A stretch of 64,000 nucleotides of DNA, taken from Bdellovibrionota bacterium (GTDB lineage Bacteria > Bdellovibrionota > UBA1018 > CAIPTA01 > JAALKR01). The stretch lies in the NCBI GenBank assembly GCA_965207455.1, contig CBDBMJ010000001.1, positions 480,001 through 544,000 on the forward strand, in the 5' to 3' direction. Below, in pieces: positions 29,213 through 38,066 of this stretch (within the stretch, counting starts at the first letter, position 1; each line of letters starts with the position of its first letter). The notes under the pieces were generated by a model that had not been told where the DNA came from, ran no database searches, and saw only the letters and a program-made list of their open reading frames with translations. A program made the translations under genes and the position numbers.

Positions 29213-29241
29213 AATATATTGAAGCAGATGTGATGTGTCAA
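29213..29241 (-). promoter_or_regulatory. Sigma70-like promoter of the 10-gene operon
   Basis: TTGACA-N17-TATATT on the minus strand. Confidence 0.65.
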
Positions 29242-29531
29242 TAGTTTATTTTTAATTTTTGTTAAAATGCATTGCGTTATAAAATTAAGGTTAGAAACTT
29301 ACTAAATGAACTAAATCAATTATTATTTTTTTATAGATGGACAATGCAAAATTCTCTTTAAATACAGATCTTACTACTGTACTTTGCAGTGAATGGTTTA
29401 TGTTTAAAACAATTAGTCTTGATGCGTTATTTTTGTTGGTAATAGTATTGTTTTTTACTAAAGAAAAAATAATGGAATATGTTTGAGTGTATTGATACGT
29501 TAACGTAGAGTTTTTCTTAAAAATAAAAAAG

Positions 29532-30230
29532 ATGGCAGATAAAAAAGAAACGAGAATTTTTACAGATGGGGCTTGTTCGGGAAACCCGGGTCCTGGCGGT
29601 TGGGGAGCTATTGTACTCTTTTCAGATGGTCGGGTTTTAGAAATGGGAGGAAGCCACCCAGAAACAACGAATAATCGCATGGAGCTCACTGCAGCCCTCC
29701 TGGCCTTAGAAAAATTGAGAGAATTTCCAACAGAACTCCCGTTGATCACTCTCTATACGGACTCCAAGTACCTTATCCAAGGCATGGAACAATGGACATA
29801 CCTATGGCAACGAAACCAATGGCAAACCAGTCAAGGCAAACCAGTGCTCAATATGGGTTTATGGAAAAAACTCATCCAAGCAGCCAGCAAACTACGCATA
29901 CAATGGAAGCATATCCCGGCTCACTCCAACTACCCTGGAAATGAACGTTGCGACGAGATTGCTGTAGCCTTTAGCCGAAACACCCATCCAAAATTGTATA
30001 CTGGATCCCAGGTCAACTATGGTGTGGATCTCACAGTGCTGCCCAGAGCCTCTAGTAAAGGATCCTCCAAGCCCTATTATATGAGCTATGTCGACGGGGT
30101 TCTTTTTCGGGACAGCACCTGGAATGCCTGTCAAGAGCGGGTGAAGGGGGTATCGAGAGCTAGGTTTAAAAAATGTCGGGACGAAGAGGAGGAGAGGCGT
30201 ACCCTTGAAAAGTGGGGGATTTCCCCATAA
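29532..30230 (+). CDS. rnhA: Ribonuclease HI with a C-terminal viroplasmin-like (hybrid-binding) domain
   Basis: FTDGACSGNPGPGGWG, TNNRMEL, YTDSKY, GNERCD; tail TWNACQERVKGVSRARFKK. Confidence 0.93.
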   Translation: MADKKETRIFTDGACSGNPGPGGWGAIVLFSDGRVLEMGGSHPETTNNRMELTAALLALEKLREFPTELPLITLYTDSKYLIQGMEQWTYLWQRNQWQTSQGKPVLNMGLWKKLIQAASKLRIQWKHIPAHSNYPGNERCDEIAVAFSRNTHPKLYTGSQVNYGVDLTVLPRASSKGSSKPYYMSYVDGVLFRDSTWNACQERVKGVSRARFKKCRDEEEERRTLEKWGISP

Positions 30231-30348
30231 TTTCTAGCTCCATGGAGCGAGTGGATCAATAGTGCTAGAAATTCCAGCTAGGTTCGTATACAGTTTTTTC
30301 ATGTTAACAAAGAAGGAAAATTCTTATGAAATCCAACAAGGAGCTATT

Positions 30349-31677
30349 ATGAAAGATTATCGTGTTTGTCCCAAGGCAATGGAAAACCCCGACTTTTTTA
30401 AGGAGTTAGCCCGTTGGGGGCGCATGGAAATTACCATTGCAGAGTCAGAAATGCCGGGTTTAATGGCGTTACGAAAAGAGTTTGGTCCTCGGCAAATTCT
30501 TAAAGGAGCGCACATTACTGGGTGTCTTCATATGACCATACAAACTGCGGTTCTTATAGAAACGTTAATCGCCTTAGGAGCCAAAATTCGTTGGTCCTCG
30601 TGTAATATTTTTTCCACTCAGGATCATGCAGCCGTAGCAATGGCAGCAGCAGGGGTGCCTATTTTTGCGTGGAAAGGAGAGACGGAAGAGGAGTTCAATT
30701 GGTGTATTGAACAAACCATCACGGGCTGGGGTGATCAGGGTTATAATTTAATTTTAGACGACGGTGGGGATTTAACCAATATGATGTGTGAAGAGCGTTT
30801 CGCAAAAGAAATGGATCGGGTTATTGGTCTATCTGAGGAAACCACCACAGGTGTGCATAACTTGGAGTGCTTAGCTCAGAATGGAAAGCTTCCCGTGCCA
30901 GCGATTAATGTGAATGACTCTGTTACAAAATCTAAATTTGATAATCTTTATGGTTGTCGTGAGTCCCTTGCCGACGGAATTAAGCGAGCCACAGATGTGA
31001 TGCTTGCGGGAAAGACGGTAGTTGTTGCGGGTTATGGTGACGTGGGTAAGGGCTGTGCAAAGTCCTTACAGTCCTATGGTTCCAGGGTATTGATTACTGA
31101 GATTGACCCTATTTGTGCTCTCCAAGCATCTATGGAGGGTTTCGAGGTAACGACTATGGAAAAAGCAGCTCCTCAGGCAGATATTTTTGTGACCGCTACT
31201 GGTTGTTGCGACATTCTCACGTCCACCCATTTTGATCAGATGAAAGGTGGAGCTATTGTTTGCAATATTGGTCACTTTGATATTGAAATTGATATGGATT
31301 GGCTCAATGGACACTCCAAACTAGAGGAAATAAAGCCCCAAGTGGACAAGCATACTCTAAAAAATGGTCGAATTATTATTGTATTGGCAAAAGGTCGATT
31401 GGTGAATTTAGGCTGTGCCACAGGTCATCCTTCTTTTGTAATGAGTAACTCTTTTACTAATCAGGTGTTGGCACAAATAGAGTTATATACCAATAAAGGG
31501 TCCAGTAAATATGGGGAGAGAAAAGTATATAGATTACCTAAAGAATTAGATGAGAAGGTGGCATTTCTTCACCTAGAAAAAGTGGGTGCTCAGCTTTCGA
31601 AGCTTTCTTCTAAGCAAGCGAAGTATTTGGGTCTTCCAGAACAGGGACCCTTTAAGCCTGATTATTATCGTTATTAG
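30349..31677 (+). CDS. ahcY: S-adenosyl-L-homocysteine hydrolase
   Basis: [50 protein letters not shown]; start at 30349 after AAGGAG. Confidence 0.97.
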   Translation: MKDYRVCPKAMENPDFFKELARWGRMEITIAESEMPGLMALRKEFGPRQILKGAHITGCLHMTIQTAVLIETLIALGAKIRWSSCNIFSTQDHAAVAMAAAGVPIFAWKGETEEEFNWCIEQTITGWGDQGYNLILDDGGDLTNMMCEERFAKEMDRVIGLSEETTTGVHNLECLAQNGKLPVPAINVNDSVTKSKFDNLYGCRESLADGIKRATDVMLAGKTVVVAGYGDVGKGCAKSLQSYGSRVLITEIDPICALQASMEGFEVTTMEKAAPQADIFVTATGCCDILTSTHFDQMKGGAIVCNIGHFDIEIDMDWLNGHSKLEEIKPQVDKHTLKNGRIIIVLAKGRLVNLGCATGHPSFVMSNSFTNQVLAQIELYTNKGSSKYGERKVYRLPKELDEKVAFLHLEKVGAQLSKLSSKQAKYLGLPEQGPFKPDYYRY

Positions 31678-32026
31678 TTTTTGTTTCTTCTTTTATCCAA
31701 CGTCCATTGGAGAAAATAAATGTGGAGACTTTGCGGAAAGAAGGATTTTCAATGGTGGAAATATTCTCATCGCTATACCAAGTTGGAGAGCGAGTGTCAG
31801 AAGGGGCGCTGGAAGGGGTGCTAGAATTGGTGCGAGAGCTGGAGCTAGCATGCGAAGTATACTTTCCTACCCGTAGTTTATGAACTCGCCAAACAACTAG
31901 GGCATACAGAAGACCAAAAACAAAAGCAAAACCGCTGACGAAAAATACAGCGATAAAAGGATAGGAGAGGCACAAAAATCCAAAGGTAATAGAGACAATG
32001 GCAGGTGTATAGGAGCTTACTTTCAT
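31652..32026 (-). CDS. Small hypothetical membrane protein
   Basis: Two TM segments plus a Ser-rich tail; ATG 32026 preferred from promoter position. Confidence 0.6.
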   Translation of the reverse strand: MKVSSYTPAIVSITFGFLCLSYPFIAVFFVSGFAFVFGLLYALVVWRVHKLRVGKYTSHASSSSRTNSSTPSSAPSDTRSPTWYSDENISTIENPSFRKVSTFIFSNGRWIKEETKTNNDNNQA

Positions 32027-32032
32027 GGTTTT

Positions 32033-32061
32033 TTTATACAATAGTTATAATGGATTGTCAA
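32033..32061 (-). promoter_or_regulatory. Sigma70-like promoter, possibly for a leaderless transcript
   Basis: TTGACA-N17-TATAAA, with 6 nt before ATG 32026. Confidence 0.55.
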
Positions 32062-32071
32062 TTTATAGCTC

Positions 32072-33241
32072 TTAGGTACTAGATGAACGAATCTTGAAAA
32101 TTTTGGCTAAGAAAACAGCGAGCAGGACACCGCTGACACTAAGAAGAGCTCCCATTTTAGCGGATCCCTGAAGAGTGGGATTTTCAAATGCCACTCCAGC
32201 CATGAAAAGGGCCACCGTTAAACCCACACTGGCAATAGCTCCCACCACCACTAAGTCTTTCCCGTTCATGCCTTTTGGCAAGGGGTAGCCCAGTTTTATT
32301 CCCAATAATCCAAACCCAAATATACCAATGGTTTTTCCCAACAAGAGAGAAAGTAAAATATACCAAGTTACATCATCTACTCCTGTTAATAAAACGCCAG
32401 CATTGGCTAAACCAAATGAGAAAAGACCGAAATCCACGAAGACTTTAAATTGGTGTTCAAAATTTTCTAGGGCGGAGTGGGAGTCTATTTTTTCCTCAAA
32501 TAGGTGACCAGGTTGGCGCGTTTTATATGGCATAAAAGGTACTACAGTTATAAGGGCTAGGGCAGGGTGTATTCCAGCCTTGAACAAACCAAACCAAGAA
32601 CATAGACCAGCGGTGAATAAATATACCCAAAAATTTTTCACCTTTTGCTTTCGTAAAGACCAGGCAAGGATCATGGAAAAAAGAACCAGCAGTAGCCATA
32701 AAGGGGCAGGTGGGTGATCGGGGGTGGGGTAAACGATGGCAATAATAGCTAAACCAATGGCATCGTCGGCAATGGCAAGCAAGAGTAGAAAGGCTACTGC
32801 TGGATGGTTCTTTCCAAATATAAATCGGGCGATTAACCAAGCTAGGGCAATGTCTGTAGCTGTGGGAATTCCCCAACCACGAATTAAGTGGAGATCTCCA
32901 TAGGCAAAACAAAGACCCAAATAGAAAAGGACAGGTACCACTATGCCACCAAACGTGGCAAAGAGGGGACCAATGGCACGTTTGGGGGGGTACAGGTCCC
33001 CTCCGGGCAGCACGCTTTGGGTAATTTCCACGGTGGCAATGCCAAAGAAAAAAACCATAAAAACATTATTTACCAAAAAGGCAAAGTCAATGGAGTTTTC
33101 AAATGGAGTGAGGGGATAGCGAAGAAATTCTCCATAGGAGTTATAATCTAGGTTTGCCCAAAGGAGTGACGCTAAGACTCCCATAACTAATGGAATAGAA
33201 AATTCCTGCAATAGCTCTACTGTATTTTTATTGCGCTTCAT
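32072..33241 (-). CDS. nhaA: Na+/H+ antiporter NhaA
   Basis: GWGIPTATDIA, LAIADDAIG, LGKTIGI, GLTVALF motifs. Confidence 0.93.
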   Translation of the reverse strand: MKRNKNTVELLQEFSIPLVMGVLASLLWANLDYNSYGEFLRYPLTPFENSIDFAFLVNNVFMVFFFGIATVEITQSVLPGGDLYPPKRAIGPLFATFGGIVVPVLFYLGLCFAYGDLHLIRGWGIPTATDIALAWLIARFIFGKNHPAVAFLLLLAIADDAIGLAIIAIVYPTPDHPPAPLWLLLVLFSMILAWSLRKQKVKNFWVYLFTAGLCSWFGLFKAGIHPALALITVVPFMPYKTRQPGHLFEEKIDSHSALENFEHQFKVFVDFGLFSFGLANAGVLLTGVDDVTWYILLSLLLGKTIGIFGFGLLGIKLGYPLPKGMNGKDLVVVGAIASVGLTVALFMAGVAFENPTLQGSAKMGALLSVSGVLLAVFLAKIFKIRSSST

Positions 33242-33287
33242 TCTTTCTATCTTTGCATATTCAAAAACTGAATGAAAGTCCTAGTTT

Positions 33288-36200
33288 TTAATAGTTGATG
33301 GGGTTTTTTGTAACTCTGATTACAGCTTCAGCAGAAAAACTCGAATTAGCTCCGCCGCTAAGTTTATCGTTACTACTATCCACAGCCCCGAATTGTCCGT
33401 GTTCATTGCTTCCCCAGCACCTTATATCATTCGCAAAAAGTGCTGGGTATGTTACTTTACGTTTTAGCTGAAACACACAGGAGTGATTCCCGCCTAAAGA
33501 AACTTCAGATATTTTCTCAGGATATGATGTGAGATATAAAGCTGGAGAAGGAACGTTCTGAGGGTTTGCAGTTTGAGTAGTTCCAGTTACTCCCAACTGA
33601 TAACTTCCGTTTGCGCCCCAGCATTTCACTTCAGGTTGATCACCTGTGCCAGAAATGGTACAGGAATGTTTAGAACCTGCCGCTATTTTTGCTACATTGG
33701 TGAAATTGGAAATATTCCCAAGTTGTTGATTTGTATTTAATCCCCAGCATTCAACCGTGCCATCTTCTTCTTCAGCGGTATTTGGATCGTCCGTAAAGAT
33801 AGCGCAGTTATGATTATCTCCAACAGAGAGTTGTTTTACATTTGTGCGTTCTGCAAGTTTATTATCTGAATCTTCTCCCCAGCATCTTACGGCTCCGGTT
33901 CCCAGAAGAACGCAGGTATGCATTGAGCCAGCAAAAATTTCATCCACACTTGTGCCGCTTATATCATTTAAAACTGTGGTTGGGGTTGCAATATAACTAT
34001 CGCTATCGGATTGAGTACCAAGCCTAGCACTTGTTCCTGCTCCCCAACAGCTAACTGTATTATCATTTAAAATAGCGCAGGTATGTTCGTGCCCCACTGC
34101 TATTTTTTTTACATTAGTAAGGAAGTCATCAGTTCCTGTTCCACTTTTTACTTGAACAGCAATAGTATTCATTGTGGTGGAGTTATTTCCAAGCTGTCCA
34201 TTATCATTTAGCCCCCAACAATAGGCGGTGCCATCGGATATGGTGGAACAGGTATGATTTTTGCCTACAGAAAAATGTTTTATATCAGAGAGGAAGTCAT
34301 CAGTTCCTGTTCCATTTTTTACTTTTACTGGAATAATACTATTTGTGGTAGAGTTGTTTCCAAGTTGTCCATTATCATTTAGCCCCCAACAATAGGCTTC
34401 TCCTTTATTAGTAGTTGAGCAGGTATATTCATTCCCAGCATAAAGCTGTTGGAGACCATCTCTGAGTACATAGTTAACACCTTGATTAAGGCAAGGAAGT
34501 GGAGTTCCATTGTATGTTTGTATGGTGGAAAACGAATAGGTTTGGACATTTGGAAGAGGGTCAATAATTCTCGGAGTCATACTTTTTGCATCAATATTTA
34601 CGGATAAAATTTTATTGGTGCAAGTTGTATCAGAATAAACAGAAATTGTTTCTCCAATTGTCAGATAGTTCAAAGAAAATCGAGGTCTAGTATCTGTTGA
34701 AGTTGAATTTCCGTTTATAAGTAATTGAGAATAAAGTTGATACTCTACCCTGTTTGAGCAATCATTGGAAATATTTCCTGCCAGATCCCGCTGTCTTGCG
34801 AAGAATGTATGGATAGCAATATTATTTGGGGAGACTGCATAAATGGAAAGAGTATTAGTATTCGGATTGAAGGGAGGGTTCGTTAAAAAAGTACTGCTGC
34901 TACAATCAGGAATATCACCGGGCATTAGTGGAGATCGGCTGGAATGGTATATGGATACGATGGCTCCAGGTTCTATATCTTCAGCGAGATAAAGAAGAGT
35001 TGCAGGACTATTTAATTTGGATGACAAATTGCTTAAAACAACAGCATCAGGAGGAATGGTATCCAATGTATAAGTGATTCCTGTATCAGCACAAGCAACT
35101 TCATGTCCTATTCCATCTTTCTGTATTGTGTGGAAATTATAGGTGATGTCGGTAGGTGAGGAGGTTAATAGGGATAATGTGTCTCCATCTGCTAAAGTAT
35201 TTTCTTGACCTGGGATATCTGGAGTTATGTCATTAGCGCAAAGGCTATCAGAGAATATTTTTATTATATCTCCACTTTTTACTCCACTAAGGCTCATTAC
35301 TGGGTTTTGATTTGATATAGATTTGCCTCCACTGACTGTTATGATAACATTAGGAGGAATGGTATCTAAATAATACTCTGTTTTATTAGAGCAAACCGAT
35401 TCATTTCCTATGCTGTCTGTTTGTTTAGCAAAATATACATATATATTATCTTCTTGAATACTTGGAATGGTGATTATATTGCCATTAATGGCAATGCCGC
35501 TTACTTCATTGATTCGACTATCATCACATTGAATACTACTCAATTGCTCTGTAGACGTTATTTCTAATTGATATAATTCAACTGTATTTCCAGCATCCAA
35601 ATTAGAGATTGTAAATTCAGGGGTTCTCTCGTTGTACGTATTGTTTGCGTTTGAATTATTCAGTACCAATCCGAGTGTTCTGGGAAGAATGTTATTTAAT
35701 GTATAGCTGATTCCCGTAGAGTTACATGGGATTTCATTTCCCCATTCATCTATTTTCGTTGTATAAAAGGTATAGAGAGTATTGGTAGTAATAGTTGTTG
35801 ATAATTCTAATGTGTTCTCTCCATTTACTAAAGTATTTTCTTCGCCTGAAATATTTGGAGTTATTTCATTTGTGCAAAGGTTATCAGAGAATATTTTTAT
35901 TATATCGCCTGTTTCTATTCCTTGTGCATTTACGATAGGGTTTTGATTGGATACAGTGAGAGAGTTTTCTTTGAGTGCTATGGTAACAGAAGGAGGTGTG
36001 TTATCTGACTGATATTCTATTGGATCGGAACAAGGAGATTCATTTTCTGCTAGGTCTTTTTGTTTAGCAAAATATATATGGGTTTCATCGATAGTTGCTG
36101 ATGGGATAGTTAATTTATTATCAATGGGAGTAGTGAAGCTTGTTAAAAGAGTGGCATCAGTGCATTGAGGATTGTTTCGTTGTTGCTCTGTGGTTGGGAT

Positions 36201-38066
36201 AAGGTGGTATATGGCAATTTTGCCTTCAGGTTCTAAGTTATTGGTGATGGAAAGTTCAGATATGGGCATAGATGTTGCAGGTAAACTCCCTAGAGTTATT
36301 TTAAGGGGAGGGGTGCGATCTACTTCATAGATTAGTTCTGTGTTAATACAACTAGTTTCATTTAGAAATTTATCGCTGGCTTTCATGTAGAAATTATAGA
36401 TATGATCGGAAGCGGAAACTGTTATGGTGATGGATTTATCCGCTGTGTCTGTTGTTTGTCCTGGTGCTAATGTGCAATTACTTTTTGTGTAAATTTTTAT
36501 TTCATCTCCCGTCTCTATATCATCACCATGAATATATACTTTAAAAGTTACTTCGCTTGATATCTTTTGTTTTTCTTCTGGCGATTGAGGCAGGAGAGTG
36601 GGACTATATGATAGGGAAAAAGAAGGGGGTGTTGTGTCTGGCTGGTATTTGAACGGAGCAGAACAAGAAGATTCATTTTCTGCTTGGTCTTTTTGTTTGG
36701 CAAAATATACATATATCTCATCATCAGGAGTTTCCGAATAAGTAATTATTTTGCCATTACTATCATTGGTGGGAACAATGAAATCCACTACTTGATTAAT
36801 TCGACTATCATCACATTGGATATTATTTATATTTTCTGTTGGGTCTGTTATTTGTAGTTTATATAATGCTACTGTGGCTTCAGTTTCAATATCAGAAATA
36901 GTAAACGTAAACACTCTTTCAGCATTGGGTTCGCTGCCTATTACCGCTTCTCTAAGCTCTAGTGTGGGAGGAGGAGCAGTGCTATCCAATCTATAAGTAA
37001 TGGATGTGCAGGCAGAATCAGTGCCATTTGTATTTCCTTGTTTTGCAGAAAAATAATAATCCACGTATGCTACTGTTGTATTTACTATTACAGATTGACT
37101 TGTAGGCTGAATATTGGGTTCATATTGTTCTCTTATAAGGTTTGATTCATTACAGTTATTTCCAGAATAAAAAGTAATTCTATTTCCTGACGATACGTCA
37201 GAGAATTGAAAGGTAATATTACTCTGATTCGATAAGTAATAACCATTGATGAATTTATTATCTGTTGTTATTATTATTGTGGGCACATTTAGTGTTTCTT
37301 GTGCAAGTGTGTAAGTGATTCCAGCGTCTGTACATGAACCAGCAATGGAGTCTGTAAGTATATAATAGAAATGGTATGGAGTATTGGAATGGGGCAAGTC
37401 GGCTGCTCTTTCGAAAAAAGTTGGCTCACTTTCATAAAATTCTCCTACCAGATTGCCGCAAGTACTATCATGGAAAATTTCTACTCTATCGGAACTGAAG
37501 TTGTTGAGAGTAAATTCTGGTTGAACTGAACCAGAATCGGCAGCTAAGGTTATGGAAAATTCAGTTCCCGATGCATTATTGAGTGTATAAGTAATGCCTG
37601 TGGTTGCGCATGGAGCTTGATTTCCCACTTGGTCACTTTGCTTTGTGTAAAAAGCATAGGTATTGCTTCCGCTTAGTGTGAGAGTGATTTGTCCACTACT
37701 AATAGATTGAATTGGCTTATCCGTACAGCTAGAATCTGTAAAAATTTCTATTACATCTCCTGATTCTATAGTTCCTATAATACTTAGCACGGGAGTGGTA
37801 ATATTGGATGGAGATGAGGTAAGGAGTTGAAAGAAAAGAGAAGGGGCTATCGTGTCTAGTGTATAAGTAATGCCTGTGGTTGCGCATGGAGCTTGATTTC
37901 CCACTTGGTCACTTTGCTTTGTATAAAAAGCAAAGGTCTTGTTTTCGCTTAGTGTGAGAGTGATTCCTCCATTACTGATGGATTGAATTGGCTTATCCGT
38001 ACAGCTAGAATCTGTGAAAATTTCTATTACATCTCCTGATTCTGTAGTTCCTATAATACTTAGCAC
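33288..38066 (-). CDS. C-terminal part of a giant adhesin-like protein (Ig-like repeats + RCC1 propeller)
   Basis: Begins inside a 92-aa repeat and ends in RCC1 repeats (HTC...CWGLNDNGQLG); continuation of 38252..41533. Confidence 0.85.
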   Translation of the reverse strand: MLSIIGTTESGDVIEIFTDSSCTDKPIQSISNGGITLTLSENKTFAFYTKQSDQVGNQAPCATTGITYTLDTIAPSLFFQLLTSSPSNITTPVLSIIGTIESGDVIEIFTDSSCTDKPIQSISSGQITLTLSGSNTYAFYTKQSDQVGNQAPCATTGITYTLNNASGTEFSITLAADSGSVQPEFTLNNFSSDRVEIFHDSTCGNLVGEFYESEPTFFERAADLPHSNTPYHFYYILTDSIAGSCTDAGITYTLAQETLNVPTIIITTDNKFINGYYLSNQSNITFQFSDVSSGNRITFYSGNNCNESNLIREQYEPNIQPTSQSVIVNTTVAYVDYYFSAKQGNTNGTDSACTSITYRLDSTAPPPTLELREAVIGSEPNAERVFTFTISDIETEATVALYKLQITDPTENINNIQCDDSRINQVVDFIVPTNDSNGKIITYSETPDDEIYVYFAKQKDQAENESSCSAPFKYQPDTTPPSFSLSYSPTLLPQSPEEKQKISSEVTFKVYIHGDDIETGDEIKIYTKSNCTLAPGQTTDTADKSITITVSASDHIYNFYMKASDKFLNETSCINTELIYEVDRTPPLKITLGSLPATSMPISELSITNNLEPEGKIAIYHLIPTTEQQRNNPQCTDATLLTSFTTPIDNKLTIPSATIDETHIYFAKQKDLAENESPCSDPIEYQSDNTPPSVTIALKENSLTVSNQNPIVNAQGIETGDIIKIFSDNLCTNEITPNISGEENTLVNGENTLELSTTITTNTLYTFYTTKIDEWGNEIPCNSTGISYTLNNILPRTLGLVLNNSNANNTYNERTPEFTISNLDAGNTVELYQLEITSTEQLSSIQCDDSRINEVSGIAINGNIITIPSIQEDNIYVYFAKQTDSIGNESVCSNKTEYYLDTIPPNVIITVSGGKSISNQNPVMSLSGVKSGDIIKIFSDSLCANDITPDIPGQENTLADGDTLSLLTSSPTDITYNFHTIQKDGIGHEVACADTGITYTLDTIPPDAVVLSNLSSKLNSPATLLYLAEDIEPGAIVSIYHSSRSPLMPGDIPDCSSSTFLTNPPFNPNTNTLSIYAVSPNNIAIHTFFARQRDLAGNISNDCSNRVEYQLYSQLLINGNSTSTDTRPRFSLNYLTIGETISVYSDTTCTNKILSVNIDAKSMTPRIIDPLPNVQTYSFSTIQTYNGTPLPCLNQGVNYVLRDGLQQLYAGNEYTCSTTNKGEAYCWGLNDNGQLGNNSTTNSIIPVKVKNGTGTDDFLSDIKHFSVGKNHTCSTISDGTAYCWGLNDNGQLGNNSTTMNTIAVQVKSGTGTDDFLTNVKKIAVGHEHTCAILNDNTVSCWGAGTSARLGTQSDSDSYIATPTTVLNDISGTSVDEIFAGSMHTCVLLGTGAVRCWGEDSDNKLAERTNVKQLSVGDNHNCAIFTDDPNTAEEEDGTVECWGLNTNQQLGNISNFTNVAKIAAGSKHSCTISGTGDQPEVKCWGANGSYQLGVTGTTQTANPQNVPSPALYLTSYPEKISEVSLGGNHSCVFQLKRKVTYPALFANDIRCWGSNEHGQFGAVDSSNDKLSGGANSSFSAEAVIRVTKNPINY

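Noticed and set aside
29291..29749. 152-aa minus-strand ORF
   Set aside because: Antisense shadow of rnhA running into AT-rich intergenic DNA
30231..30300. SAH riboswitch upstream of ahcY
   Set aside because: There is an 8-bp stem (TTTCTAGC/GCTAGAAA) and GGAGCG, but the conserved GAGGAGCGCUGC...AGGCUC core is not present
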